Positions 33,961-43,181 of a stretch of DNA of 49,757 bases are shown here, one piece after another. This DNA comes from an uncultured Candidatus Saccharibacteria bacterium (lineage in GTDB: Bacteria > Patescibacteriota > Doudnabacteria > UBA920): assembly GCA_964453405.1 (NCBI GenBank), contig CAYVOF010000001.1, positions 67,531 to 117,287 on the forward strand, written 5' to 3'. Under the pieces are notes generated by a model. The model was not told the origin of the DNA, made no database searches, and was given only the letters and a program-made list of their open reading frames with translations. How positions within the stretch are numbered: the first letter of the stretch is position 1; every line of letters begins with the position of its first letter. Position numbers and translations under genes: made by a program.

Positions 33961-34803
33961 ATGTCGAATAAATTCCGTATAATTTTGCTTCTAGTAGTGT
34001 TTGTGGGGGTAGCTATTTTTGAAGGTCTGCCAACTCGAATAGAAAATTGGGTTAAAAGTGATAAATCTAGCACCCTGTCTGGTCAATTAACCGAGTCTTT
34101 ATCGGGTACTTTGCGTGGTCCGTTAGATAGTCGCGGCATTTTAACTGTGGCTGGTACTGTTGAGGCTACTAACAAACAACGTGAACTTTACGGGAAAAAT
34201 GCTCTTCACGTAAATTCCAAACTTAACCTTGCAGCTCAAGCTAAAGTTGAAGACATGTTTCGTCAGCAATATTTTGAACATGTCTCGCCTGATGGCAAGC
34301 ACCCATCTGATGTTATTAGTGCCACCAGTTATGAATACCTAGTAGTGGGTGAAAATTTAGCATTGGGTAATTATGAAAATGATGAAGCTTTGGTTGAAGC
34401 CTGGATGAACAGTCCTGGTCATCGCGCTAATATTTTGGATGGCAAGTTTGAAGAAATCGGCGTGGCAGTAGGAAAGGGGATGTATGAAGGCCGCGAGACT
34501 TGGTTAGCAGTGCAAGAATTTGGAACGCCTTTAGCAAGCTGCCCAGGGCCGGGTGCAAGTTTAAAAGCTAATATTGAACGCAACCGTTTGGATATCAAAA
34601 CTCAAGAAGCTAGTTTGGATCAGTTAAAGAGGAAGATTGACGCAAATAATTATTCTTCTCGCAGTGAGTACGAAGCTGATGTAGCTAGATATAATTCGCA
34701 AGCAAATCAGTTAAATAAATTGATTGATCAAACCAAATCATTGGTCAATGACTACAATATGCAAGTAAACAGTTTTAATAGATGTTTAGAAAGTGATAAG
34801 TAA
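33961..34803 (+). CDS. secreted CAP/SCP (PR-1-like) domain protein with a C-terminal coiled coil
   Basis: Signal/anchor helix. GENLALGNYENDEALVEAWMNSPGHRANIL is the CAP-domain signature. Confidence 0.8.
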   Translation: MSNKFRIILLLVVFVGVAIFEGLPTRIENWVKSDKSSTLSGQLTESLSGTLRGPLDSRGILTVAGTVEATNKQRELYGKNALHVNSKLNLAAQAKVEDMFRQQYFEHVSPDGKHPSDVISATSYEYLVVGENLALGNYENDEALVEAWMNSPGHRANILDGKFEEIGVAVGKGMYEGRETWLAVQEFGTPLASCPGPGASLKANIERNRLDIKTQEASLDQLKRKIDANNYSSRSEYEADVARYNSQANQLNKLIDQTKSLVNDYNMQVNSFNRCLESDK

Positions 34804-36134
34804 TGTCTGATAAAGTTATAGAGAAAATTAAAGTTGCGAACTTAGATATTTCTGCAACCACCAAGCAAGAATTTTTGGCAGAAGTAGATAGTATACTAAA
34901 GTCTGATCAGCAGGCTTTTATTACTACACCTAATTCAGAATTTTTGTATGCAGCACTGCGCGATAATAGTCTGCGGGATTTGTTTAACTCTGCAGATATT
35001 GCTTTGGCTGATGGTATTGCCATTTTTTGGGCTGAACGATTTTTAGCTAAACCATTTAAATTAAAGAGTTACTGGGGGAAAATCATTGAAGCTTGGTTAC
35101 AAGTAATTACAACTGGTGCGCGGATTTTGTTCACTCCAAAATATTTGTATCAAAATATCCCCGAAAAACTTACTGGAGCGGAAGTATTTTATGATTTAAT
35201 TGAATTAGCTGGTAATGAAAATAAATCAGTCTATTTTGTAAATCACCGTAGTGATTCGGCAGAAAAAACAGCGCGTATTTTAAAAGCTAAATATCCCAAC
35301 TTAAGTATTGGAGTATCGAGAAAGAATTGGGATGATAATAGCTTGCTCGAGGATATATCAATTGCTAAACCAGATATGTTGTTTGTGTCCTATGGTCAAC
35401 CGTCGCAAGAGAAATGGATAAAAAACTCTTTAAAGGATTTACCAGTTTCGATCGCTATGGGAATTGGTGGTACGTTTGATTATGCCGCGGGTTTTAAAAT
35501 TCCGCCACCACAATGGATTAGATCAATTGGTTTAGAATGGCTATTTAGATTAGTCACTCAACCAATGCGTTTGCCACGCATATATCGCGCTACTTGGGGA
35601 TTAGTAATGAGCTTGGTGAAATATAAAGTTTTTACTAGTTATGATTACAGACAGAATGTATGCGTTGTAGTTGTTAATTCGGAAAATAAAATGTTACTGT
35701 GTCATAACAATGCAAATAGAACTTCTAAGATAGGATTTGTAGTTGATAACCCAAAAAATGAATGGATGATGCCCCAAGGGGGAGTTAAGTCTGATGAGAA
35801 TACTGCACAAGCTGCCCGCAGAGAATTAGAAGAAGAAACAAATATTACTTCTGTAGAATACTTAGGTCAGGCCAATTATATTAATCAGTTTGATTGGCCA
35901 AATGGAATTCGTGATTTTTTTAAAGCTAAGCGTAAATTCCGCGGCCAAAAACAGTTCACCGTATTTTTTAGGTTTACTGGCCAGGATTCCGAAGTCAAAG
36001 TCGACCCAATTACTTTTAGCGGATGGAAGTGGGTCACCTTAGAAGACGCTGAGAAAATGGTGATTTCGTACAGACGAGAACATCTTAGAAATATAATAAA
36101 AGAGCTGTCTCAATTCCTTGAAAAAGCCTCATAA
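34803..36134 (+). CDS. WecG/TagA/CpsF-family glycosyltransferase fused to a C-terminal Nudix hydrolase domain
   Basis: The N-terminal about 280 aa carry DGIAIFWA ... YGQPSQEKWI ... GIGGTFDYAAG ... GLEWLFRL. The C-terminal Nudix box is GGVKSDENTAQAARRELEEETNI. TAATG overlap with the upstream gene. Confidence 0.8.
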   Translation: MSDKVIEKIKVANLDISATTKQEFLAEVDSILKSDQQAFITTPNSEFLYAALRDNSLRDLFNSADIALADGIAIFWAERFLAKPFKLKSYWGKIIEAWLQVITTGARILFTPKYLYQNIPEKLTGAEVFYDLIELAGNENKSVYFVNHRSDSAEKTARILKAKYPNLSIGVSRKNWDDNSLLEDISIAKPDMLFVSYGQPSQEKWIKNSLKDLPVSIAMGIGGTFDYAAGFKIPPPQWIRSIGLEWLFRLVTQPMRLPRIYRATWGLVMSLVKYKVFTSYDYRQNVCVVVVNSENKMLLCHNNANRTSKIGFVVDNPKNEWMMPQGGVKSDENTAQAARRELEEETNITSVEYLGQANYINQFDWPNGIRDFFKAKRKFRGQKQFTVFFRFTGQDSEVKVDPITFSGWKWVTLEDAEKMVISYRREHLRNIIKELSQFLEKAS

Positions 36135-36152
36135 ATATGGTAAATTTTATTC

Positions 36153-37685
36153 ATGACTGATTCAACTCCTAACAAACTAGTTCGTACTCGATTTGCTCCT
36201 AGCCCAACAGGGTTTATTCATGTTGGGAATTTTCGAACAGCATTATTTGCATTTTTGTATGCTCGTCATAATAACGGCACAGTGATCTTAAGAATTGAAG
36301 ATACTGATCAAAATCGCAAAACTGATGGTGCAGTAGAAAATTTGATCACAACAATGCACACCATGGGAGTAGATTTTGATGAAGGCGCATACTACAACAG
36401 CGGTAAAATTGAGTTTAAGGGAGACTTTGGTCCTTATGTTCAATCAGAACGTTTGGATTTGTATCAGGAGCATGCAAAGCAATTAGTAGATGATGGAAAG
36501 GCATACTATTGTTTTTGTACTCAAGAACGTTTGGATGAACTACGCAAAGAACAAACTGCTCTCAAAAAGCCACCGATGTATGATCGGCTTTGTAAAAAAC
36601 TTTCTAAAGAAGAAGTCGCTGAGAAACTAAAAGAAAATCCACATCCAGTAATTCGGCAAAGCAATCCTGATAGCGGTCAAACCGTCATCCACGATTTAGT
36701 ATATGGTGATATTACTTATGAGCACAATTTGCTCGATGATCAGGTATTACTAAAGTCTGACGGCTTTCCAACTTATCATTTAGCTGTAGTGATTGATGAT
36801 CATTTTATGGGAGTCACTCATGTCATTCGAGCTGAAGAGTGGATTCCTTCTACCCCAAAACATATTTTGTTGTATCAAGCTTTAGGTTGGGATATTCCAG
36901 AGTTTGCTCACTTGCCATTAATTTTAAATCCGGACAAAACAAAACTTTCCAAGCGTCAGGGTGATGTTTCGGTCGAAGATTTTTTGCAAAAAGGTTATTT
37001 ACCAGAAGCCTTGGTCAACTTTGTAGCTCTATTGGGTTGGAATCCAAAAACAGAACAAGAAATTTTTACCATGCAAGGATTGGTAGATAATTTTGAATTA
37101 AGCAAAGTTAACAAAGCTGGCGCAGTCTTTGATCTGAATAAACTGGATTGGATGAATGCCACTTACATTCGCACTAAAAGTCCTTCAGAAATATTAGAAC
37201 TAGTTAAACCATGGTTGGTACCATTTTTGGAAGAGAATGAATTAAATATTTCTAATTTTTCTTTAGATTTTTTGCTAGCGATAATTAAAATTGAACAAGA
37301 GCGCTTAAAAACTTTGGCACAAATCAGCGAGCAGATTTTGTTCTATTTTAAAGATCCAGAGTTTGACCAGCCAGAAGCCGGACCAGAATTAATGGTCTGG
37401 AAAAAATCTGACAAAGTAGATGCTAAACAGAAGCTGTCATTAATTGCTGAGCAGTTAAATTCTTACTCTGACTCCGATTTTACAACAGAAAATCTAGAAA
37501 CTAAGCTCAAGACTTGGATCACAGACCAAGGTTTTGATACTGGCAGTGTGTTATGGCCGCTGCGTGTAGCTCTAACAGGTTTAGGTAAGAGCCCGAGCCC
37601 ATTTGAGGTGGCTAGTACCTTATTCTTAAATGGCGGCAAGGATGCGGTTATAAAACGCTTAAATAAGGCAATAAATCTGCTCTAA
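36153..37685 (+). CDS. gltX: glutamyl-tRNA synthetase
   Basis: RFAPSPTGFIHVGNFRTAL (HIGH region), KLSKR (KMSKS), EDTD. A TGGTAAATT box ends 6 nt before the ATG. Confidence 0.95.
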   Translation: MTDSTPNKLVRTRFAPSPTGFIHVGNFRTALFAFLYARHNNGTVILRIEDTDQNRKTDGAVENLITTMHTMGVDFDEGAYYNSGKIEFKGDFGPYVQSERLDLYQEHAKQLVDDGKAYYCFCTQERLDELRKEQTALKKPPMYDRLCKKLSKEEVAEKLKENPHPVIRQSNPDSGQTVIHDLVYGDITYEHNLLDDQVLLKSDGFPTYHLAVVIDDHFMGVTHVIRAEEWIPSTPKHILLYQALGWDIPEFAHLPLILNPDKTKLSKRQGDVSVEDFLQKGYLPEALVNFVALLGWNPKTEQEIFTMQGLVDNFELSKVNKAGAVFDLNKLDWMNATYIRTKSPSEILELVKPWLVPFLEENELNISNFSLDFLLAIIKIEQERLKTLAQISEQILFYFKDPEFDQPEAGPELMVWKKSDKVDAKQKLSLIAEQLNSYSDSDFTTENLETKLKTWITDQGFDTGSVLWPLRVALTGLGKSPSPFEVASTLFLNGGKDAVIKRLNKAINLL

Positions 37686-37717
37686 AATCTTATAGTCGGT
37701 GTGATATAATTAGAGTA

Positions 37718-39043
37718 ATGGGTAACTCTAATTTTGAGATAAAAACTAAAAAAACTAAAAAAACTAATAAAAAACTAGTTTATACTAGTTTTGTAATTCT
37801 CGCTGTTGCTATGTCTGTGACAGGATTTTTTGGTTTTCAAAAAGCTCAACAAGTTTTTGGTGCAAACGATAGAGATCGGTTACAGCTCAAACTTGACCAA
37901 CTCAAAAATCAGATCAATACATACCAAAGTCAAATTAACCAAACCCGAAACCAAGCCGCAAGTTTAAAAAATGAAATTTCAATTTACGATAATCAGATCA
38001 AATCTATTGAGTTGCAAATTGAAGCCAATCAAACCCAGACCGAAGATACAACTTTGCAAATCAATGAATTAGAAATTCAGATTCAACGTCGTCAAGAAGA
38101 AATTGAAGAGAATAAAAAAATTCTTTCTCAGTTAATAGTCCAACTTTCAAAATTAGATAACAGTTCTTTTTTGCAGATAGGTTTAGGCACCGATAATTTT
38201 TCGAGTTTCTTAGATCAAGTACAGTATGTGCGTAGCGTACAAGATCAAGTTTACTCATTAGTAACTCGAATCAAAGAAATAAAAATAAAACTCGAAACCC
38301 AACAAGCAGATTTAGAAAAATCCTTAGAACAATTAAAAATGCTTAAAGAGCAACTTTCGATTAGCCAAGATAGTTTAGAGAGTCAACGAGGGGCAAAAGA
38401 GCAATTATTAGCTCAAACAAAAGGTGTAGAAAAAAACTATCAAAAACTATTAGGCCAAACTCAAAATGAAGAAGATAAAATATTACAAGAATTAGAAGAT
38501 TTAAATAATGCAGCACAGACTGGCAAGAAAACCATTTTACCAAGTAAAGGAGTTTTAGCTTGGCCAATGGACGGTGTCTTAACTCAGGGTTATGGTAATA
38601 CTGGGTTTAAATCTTTGGGCTATAGTTTTCATAACGGAATCGACATTGCTGCTCCAGCTGGTAAGCCTATCTATGCCCCAGCAGATGGTACCGTAGCCAC
38701 TTGCGATACTGGAGAAGCCGCATACGGAAATTGGTGCACAGTTAAGCACAATATCGATACAAAGTCAGGAAAGCGTTGTATAGTTACTTTGTTCGCGCAC
38801 ATGCGTTCGATAAAAGTTAAAGGTGGCTCAAAAGTAGAAAAAGGTGATCTTATAGGTTACGAAGGAAACACTGGCAACACTACACGTTTATTGTACGGAC
38901 CGGAACGTGGGTATCATCTACACTTTACTGTGTTTGACTGCGATGGTTATAAGGTTACACCAGGAGCGCATACTGATGTTTATGGTCATTATTCTGTGCC
39001 ATCTGGTTTTACCTATAATCCAATGAGTTTCTTGGGACAATAA
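37718..39043 (+). CDS. M23 (LytM-type) peptidase with an N-terminal coiled coil (EnvC-like architecture)
   Basis: TM helix, long heptad region, HNGIDIAAPAGKPIYAPADGTV ... GNTGNTT ... HLHF. TGATATAAT ends 7 nt before the ATG. Confidence 0.85.
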   Translation: MGNSNFEIKTKKTKKTNKKLVYTSFVILAVAMSVTGFFGFQKAQQVFGANDRDRLQLKLDQLKNQINTYQSQINQTRNQAASLKNEISIYDNQIKSIELQIEANQTQTEDTTLQINELEIQIQRRQEEIEENKKILSQLIVQLSKLDNSSFLQIGLGTDNFSSFLDQVQYVRSVQDQVYSLVTRIKEIKIKLETQQADLEKSLEQLKMLKEQLSISQDSLESQRGAKEQLLAQTKGVEKNYQKLLGQTQNEEDKILQELEDLNNAAQTGKKTILPSKGVLAWPMDGVLTQGYGNTGFKSLGYSFHNGIDIAAPAGKPIYAPADGTVATCDTGEAAYGNWCTVKHNIDTKSGKRCIVTLFAHMRSIKVKGGSKVEKGDLIGYEGNTGNTTRLLYGPERGYHLHFTVFDCDGYKVTPGAHTDVYGHYSVPSGFTYNPMSFLGQ

Positions 39044-39079
39044 TTTTGATTTGTACGGGCAAAGAAATAAAAACAAAAA

Positions 39080-40144
39080 ATGAACTATTGGTTGAAAAAA
39101 ATTAAAATTGGTTTTTTAAGCCTTATAGTTTTTTTGCAACTGTTTGCGTTTATTTCGCCAGCTCAGGTTTATGCGCAGGCTCTTCCTGATCCAATAAAAA
39201 CTGACACTCAAGCTAAGACTCCTGAGGAGCTTCCAGTTTATAATGCTGGTGTTGATAAAAGTATTCAAGATTATTTATGTACACCGCAAGGTAATGGCAC
39301 AGATTTATTTGACTGTGTAGATCGCTTGTATCGTTTTGGAATATCGGCTGGTGCGATCATGGTAGTGTTCTTTATTGTTTACGCAGGATATATTTATATC
39401 ACCGGTGGGGAAGCGTCTAAGACTAAGGCCAAGCAAACAATCTATTCGGCTCTCACTGGCTTGGCGATTATGTTAGGAAGTTTTGTGTTACTCAACTTTA
39501 TTAATCCGAATTTGACTAAGATTAAACCAATTCAGCCGCCGATTTTTAGTGCTTTAGATTTGCCAAGTTGTGAGGAAATAGGTTTTGCTGAGAAGTGTAT
39601 AATAAGTACAGGTGGGAGTGCAGGGCAGGTTGTTAATCCTAGTACTGGCTCTGGTGGTGCAGGTGCAGGTAGTTGTAAAATTATGAACTCTGGTGCTTGC
39701 GCGGTGCAAAATATGAAATTATGCCCTGATTGGAACCCAGAGGATGCCTCTCGTGTGTGTAATTTGGAGAGTGCTGGTGGTGCGAATTTAACAATTGCTA
39801 GTGGATCAGATAAATGTTCGGACGGAACCTCATTTTCTTATGGCTTGTGGCAGATTAACTTAACTGCTCATCAGGGACAACCATATATGCCAGCTGCATG
39901 CCAGAAGACTTTGTTTAGCGGCAAGAATTTTAGCTGCAAATTGATCGTAAGCAAAGCCGAGCTACAGGCTTGCGTTACGGCATTGGGAGATGTAGCCGCC
40001 CAAACTAAGGTAGCTTGTGGTTTGTATAAGGGTCGCGGAGGAAATTTTAAAGATTGGATATGTTCTGCGTATCGTTGCAAAATCCCCGGTCCGTATTCTG
40101 GAGCAAGTAGCAGTAAGTTTTGTCAAACTTTTCCTCCGAGGTAA
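39080..40144 (+). CDS. T4SS-pilin/TrbC-like membrane module fused to a Cys-rich lysozyme-like (transglycosylase) domain
   Basis: Signal peptide and two TM helices around ITGGEASKTKAK (VirB2/TrbC-like topology). The C-terminal NLESAGG...SFSYGLWQINL resembles the catalytic Glu plus GLxQI motif of lysozyme-like enzymes. Confidence 0.6.
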   Translation: MNYWLKKIKIGFLSLIVFLQLFAFISPAQVYAQALPDPIKTDTQAKTPEELPVYNAGVDKSIQDYLCTPQGNGTDLFDCVDRLYRFGISAGAIMVVFFIVYAGYIYITGGEASKTKAKQTIYSALTGLAIMLGSFVLLNFINPNLTKIKPIQPPIFSALDLPSCEEIGFAEKCIISTGGSAGQVVNPSTGSGGAGAGSCKIMNSGACAVQNMKLCPDWNPEDASRVCNLESAGGANLTIASGSDKCSDGTSFSYGLWQINLTAHQGQPYMPAACQKTLFSGKNFSCKLIVSKAELQACVTALGDVAAQTKVACGLYKGRGGNFKDWICSAYRCKIPGPYSGASSSKFCQTFPPR

Positions 40145-40171
40145 TATTTTGTTAATCAAATTTTATATTTT

Positions 40172-40612
40172 ATGAGTATTGAAAAGAAATTACTAATCGC
40201 TTTAATAGTTACAATAGTTTTGTGTGGTGTAGCTATATTGTTATTTATGCGTTCTAAAAATTCTGATACGGTTTCTGTAACTCCGGATTTAGAGCAAGTT
40301 TTAGAAAGCAAGGCTATTAAATCAGAACAAGACATACTAACCTTTGTTGACACAGGAAAGTACTTCATTACCTACAACAAAGTGAGTAAAGAATTTTTAA
40401 TTGTATTATTACCTTCAGAACAAATTAATCAAGAAATAAATGATCTCCGAACCCAAGCCGAAAGTGAGTTAATGACCATAGTTAGTATGGACAACTTAGC
40501 TATCTGTAGTCTTAAAGTTTCGCTAATTATACCCCCATCATACTGGCCAGAAATGTCCGGGGTTGATTACGGATTAAGTGGTTGTGGTAATTTTATTCCT
40601 TTTAATAAATAA
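40172..40612 (+). CDS. hypothetical membrane-anchored protein (146 aa)
   Basis: ORF with an N-terminal TM helix. No family recognised. Confidence 0.5.
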   Translation: MSIEKKLLIALIVTIVLCGVAILLFMRSKNSDTVSVTPDLEQVLESKAIKSEQDILTFVDTGKYFITYNKVSKEFLIVLLPSEQINQEINDLRTQAESELMTIVSMDNLAICSLKVSLIIPPSYWPEMSGVDYGLSGCGNFIPFNK

Positions 40613-40613
40613 G

Positions 40614-41333
40614 ATGAATAACGAAGAACATAAAAATAATGTATCGCCCCGCAATCCCATGCCTATTATTATTACCATTATAATAGCCGCGTGGTTAGTT
40701 GGGATCAGTGTGTTGGGTGCTGGATGGTTGATTGCAAAAGAAATTTCTAAGCAGAGCACCAATGATTCCAGTGATATAACTAAAACAAATGAACCAATTA
40801 ATATAGAGATACCAAGGTATAAGTCCCAACAGGGGAGTGATGACGCCAAGGTCACTGTAATTGAATTTGCAGATTTTCAATGTCCGTTCTGCGGGGAGTG
40901 GCAAAAAACTATTTATCCTAAATTGAAAAGTGATTATATAGATACAGGTAAAGTTAAGTTTGTATATTGGGATTTAGCCTTTTTAGGTGATGAATCAATA
41001 AAAGCTGCCGAAGCGGCTATTTGTGCCAAGGACCAAGATAAGTTTTGGGAATTTCATGATCGTTTATTTGCCGGACAATATGGGGAAAATCAAGGTGCTT
41101 TTAGTGACGTAAATTTAAAAAAAATAGCCGCAGAATTAGGTTTAGAAACCAAAATTTTTAATAAATGTTTTGACGAAGGTCTCTATAAATCATTAGTCGA
41201 AGATTCAAACAATATGGCTCAAACTTACGGTGTTAATTCTACACCAACTGTATTTGTCAACGGTTTAAAGTTTGAGGGTGTGATGCCGTTTGAGAATTTA
41301 AAACAAGTAATAGACTCTGCTCTTGCAAAATAA
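40614..41333 (+). CDS. DsbA-like thiol:disulfide oxidoreductase (membrane anchored)
   Basis: TM helix and a thioredoxin fold with FQCPFCGEW (CxxC). ATG at 40614 preferred over the track start at 40578. Confidence 0.85.
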   Translation: MNNEEHKNNVSPRNPMPIIITIIIAAWLVGISVLGAGWLIAKEISKQSTNDSSDITKTNEPINIEIPRYKSQQGSDDAKVTVIEFADFQCPFCGEWQKTIYPKLKSDYIDTGKVKFVYWDLAFLGDESIKAAEAAICAKDQDKFWEFHDRLFAGQYGENQGAFSDVNLKKIAAELGLETKIFNKCFDEGLYKSLVEDSNNMAQTYGVNSTPTVFVNGLKFEGVMPFENLKQVIDSALAK

Positions 41334-42366
41334 ACTATCTAAATTAATAGTTACTATTGGGCTGGTTGTGTTAGCTGTGAATCCGATTTTTGTGTATGCG
41401 CAAAATCCACCTAAGACAACTACCACAGTTGTCAAAGAACCAAACACCTCAACTACGGAGGAACTTCCAGTTTATAACGCTGGCGTAGACCGCAGCATTC
41501 AAGATTATTTGTGTACACCAAGCGAGCCCGCTGATGGTCATGACCTAGAACGCTGTGTGAATCGCTTGTTCAGGTTTACGGTTACTGCAGGCGCATTGAT
41601 TGTATTGTTTATGGTGGTCTTTGCAGGATACATGTATATCACGGGTGGCGAGCAAGCCAAAACTAAAGCAAAAGGTTATCTTCAAAATTCTCTGACAGGC
41701 ATGGCGATATTATTAGGTAGCTACCTATTGCTGTACTTTATAAACCCGACACTCACGCAGTTTAAACCAATTCAGCCACCGATTTTTGATGCAGCAGATT
41801 TACCAAGTTGTGAAGAAATCGGGTTTTCTAAAAGTTGTGTAATTCAAGCTGGTGAGGATGTTCCTGGAAATTCACCAGTTGTAGTTGTAGCAGGTGGAAG
41901 TAGCGGTGGTACAGCAGTTGCCTGTACAACTGGAATGTCTACACTTTCTGAGTACGGGGTGCCAACAAAAGATGGCCGAAGCTTGCCAATTTGTAAGTCT
42001 TTGGGCCCAAAGGTTAAGGCAGCATATGAGGCATCAAAAATCGAAAAATGGCGAGCTACAGCTACTGTTGATCCTGGTCATTCTAGTAGATGTCATAAAC
42101 CTGTAAACCCAGAAAATGGTAACTGTGTTGATATTGGAACAGGTGATGGTGATAGAAGCACAGCTCGTTGGGATAAAATATGCGCAGCGTTTAAACAACA
42201 AGGCGGTGTTTCTATAGCTAATGAAATTGCGCCAAAGTCAGCAAGTGGTTCTGCTCTTGCCGCTTATGCAACACCCAATTGTGGTCCTGCAAAGGACAAG
42301 TCTACAAAGGTGTATCAATTTGCTAGTGATGCACCATCAATACATGTTAATTACACAGGTCGTTAA
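41323..42366 (+). CDS. paralog of 39080..40144: same pilin-like membrane module, different C-terminal domain (possibly a LAS/M15-like metallopeptidase)
   Basis: The N-terminal module shares EELPVYNAGVD.SIQDYLCTP, ITGGE..KTKAK and KPIQPPIF...DLPSCEEIGF with the paralog. The C-terminal HSSRCHKPVNPENGNCVDIG ... SIHVNY is only loosely H...D...H-like. TTG start overlaps the dsbA-like stop. Confidence 0.55.
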   Translation: MQNKLSKLIVTIGLVVLAVNPIFVYAQNPPKTTTTVVKEPNTSTTEELPVYNAGVDRSIQDYLCTPSEPADGHDLERCVNRLFRFTVTAGALIVLFMVVFAGYMYITGGEQAKTKAKGYLQNSLTGMAILLGSYLLLYFINPTLTQFKPIQPPIFDAADLPSCEEIGFSKSCVIQAGEDVPGNSPVVVVAGGSSGGTAVACTTGMSTLSEYGVPTKDGRSLPICKSLGPKVKAAYEASKIEKWRATATVDPGHSSRCHKPVNPENGNCVDIGTGDGDRSTARWDKICAAFKQQGGVSIANEIAPKSASGSALAAYATPNCGPAKDKSTKVYQFASDAPSIHVNYTGR

Positions 42367-42476
42367 AGTGGAGTTTAATCTACATTGTCACATGTAGCAT
42401 TGTGGATAAACTCGTTGCTAATTTCAGATAAAAGCTATATCATATAATTGAATAACAATTAAAATATAATAACAAA

Positions 42477-42734
42477 ATGAAGCAAAAAATGGTTCTTTAT
42501 GGCATAGGTATATTTATCGTTGGGCTTTTAGTAGGTGGTCTGTACGTGGATAGGTTTGGGTCACCAATTCACTTAAAAGGCCAGAACTCTTCGGCAAATG
42601 TACAATACACATGTGCTCAACTACTTTGGTATATTGATCACACATCTGGTCCTGCCCAACATTCTTGGACAACTATTTACAATTCTCAATGTAGTCATGA
42701 TGTGTTTCCGGTATCACCAAGCATATCCGAATAA
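42477..42734 (+). CDS. small hypothetical membrane protein (85 aa)
   Basis: ORF with an N-terminal TM helix. A TATAAT box (42465-42470) lies 6 nt upstream of the ATG, and a strong terminator follows. Confidence 0.45.
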   Translation: MKQKMVLYGIGIFIVGLLVGGLYVDRFGSPIHLKGQNSSANVQYTCAQLLWYIDHTSGPAQHSWTTIYNSQCSHDVFPVSPSISE

Positions 42735-42756
42735 TACTTAATAATTCAGCTAAACT

Positions 42757-42783
42757 AAAAACGCGAGAAGATCGCGTTTTTTT
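42757..42783 (+). terminator. rho-independent terminator
   Basis: ACGCGA-GAAGA-TCGCGT followed by a T6 run. Confidence 0.8.
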
Positions 42784-42840
42784 AATTGAGTCTTATTAAG
42801 CGGAAGTTCAGTGGTTAGTGGTTGTCAGCATCACCACACC

Positions 42841-42857
42841 ATGTCGCATAAGATACA
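42841..42857 (+). repeat. 17-bp direct repeat, copy 1 (ATGTCGCATAAGATACA)
   Basis: Identical 17-mer at 44454-44470. The flanks show weaker similarity (CAGT..TAGTG upstream, GCG..ACG.CGG downstream). Confidence 0.8.
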
Positions 42858-43139
42858 ACGCGTAACGTCGGACAGTTAGAAAATAACCCACCTAGTTATA
42901 AGGAACACACCATTGGTGTGTTTTCTTATTGGATTCGACTAAAAAAGAACATAAAAATGCAAAAAACCGTCAAAGGAGACGGCAAATGTATCTTGTGTAA
43001 TGTGGGAGGGTTAAAAAGCTAACTCCGAACTCTTGTATATAGGATATAGGGAGCAAAATTTGTACCTTATATTCTGGCTACAAGAGTCAGACGCACAATA
43101 CAGAATTGTGCGACTTGATCTTTGACAAATTGGGTGAAT

Positions 43140-43174
43140 AAAAAAGCCCGTCTATCAAACACAATAGACGAGCC
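43140..43174 (-). terminator. rho-independent terminator of the small minus-strand CDS (coordinates +/-1)
   Basis: On the minus strand: GCTCGTCTAT-TGTGTTTG-ATAGACGGGC followed by a T-run, 8 nt after the stop codon. Confidence 0.6.
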
Positions 43175-43181
43175 TTGTAAC

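Noticed and set aside
42957-43022. 21-codon ORF MQKTVKGDGKCILCNVGGLKS (CxxC), considered as a possible RiPP-like precursor or micro-protein.
   Set aside because: There is no SD or leaderless promoter geometry, no adjacent modifying enzyme and no recognisable leader/core organisation. It is indistinguishable from chance in an AT-rich spacer.
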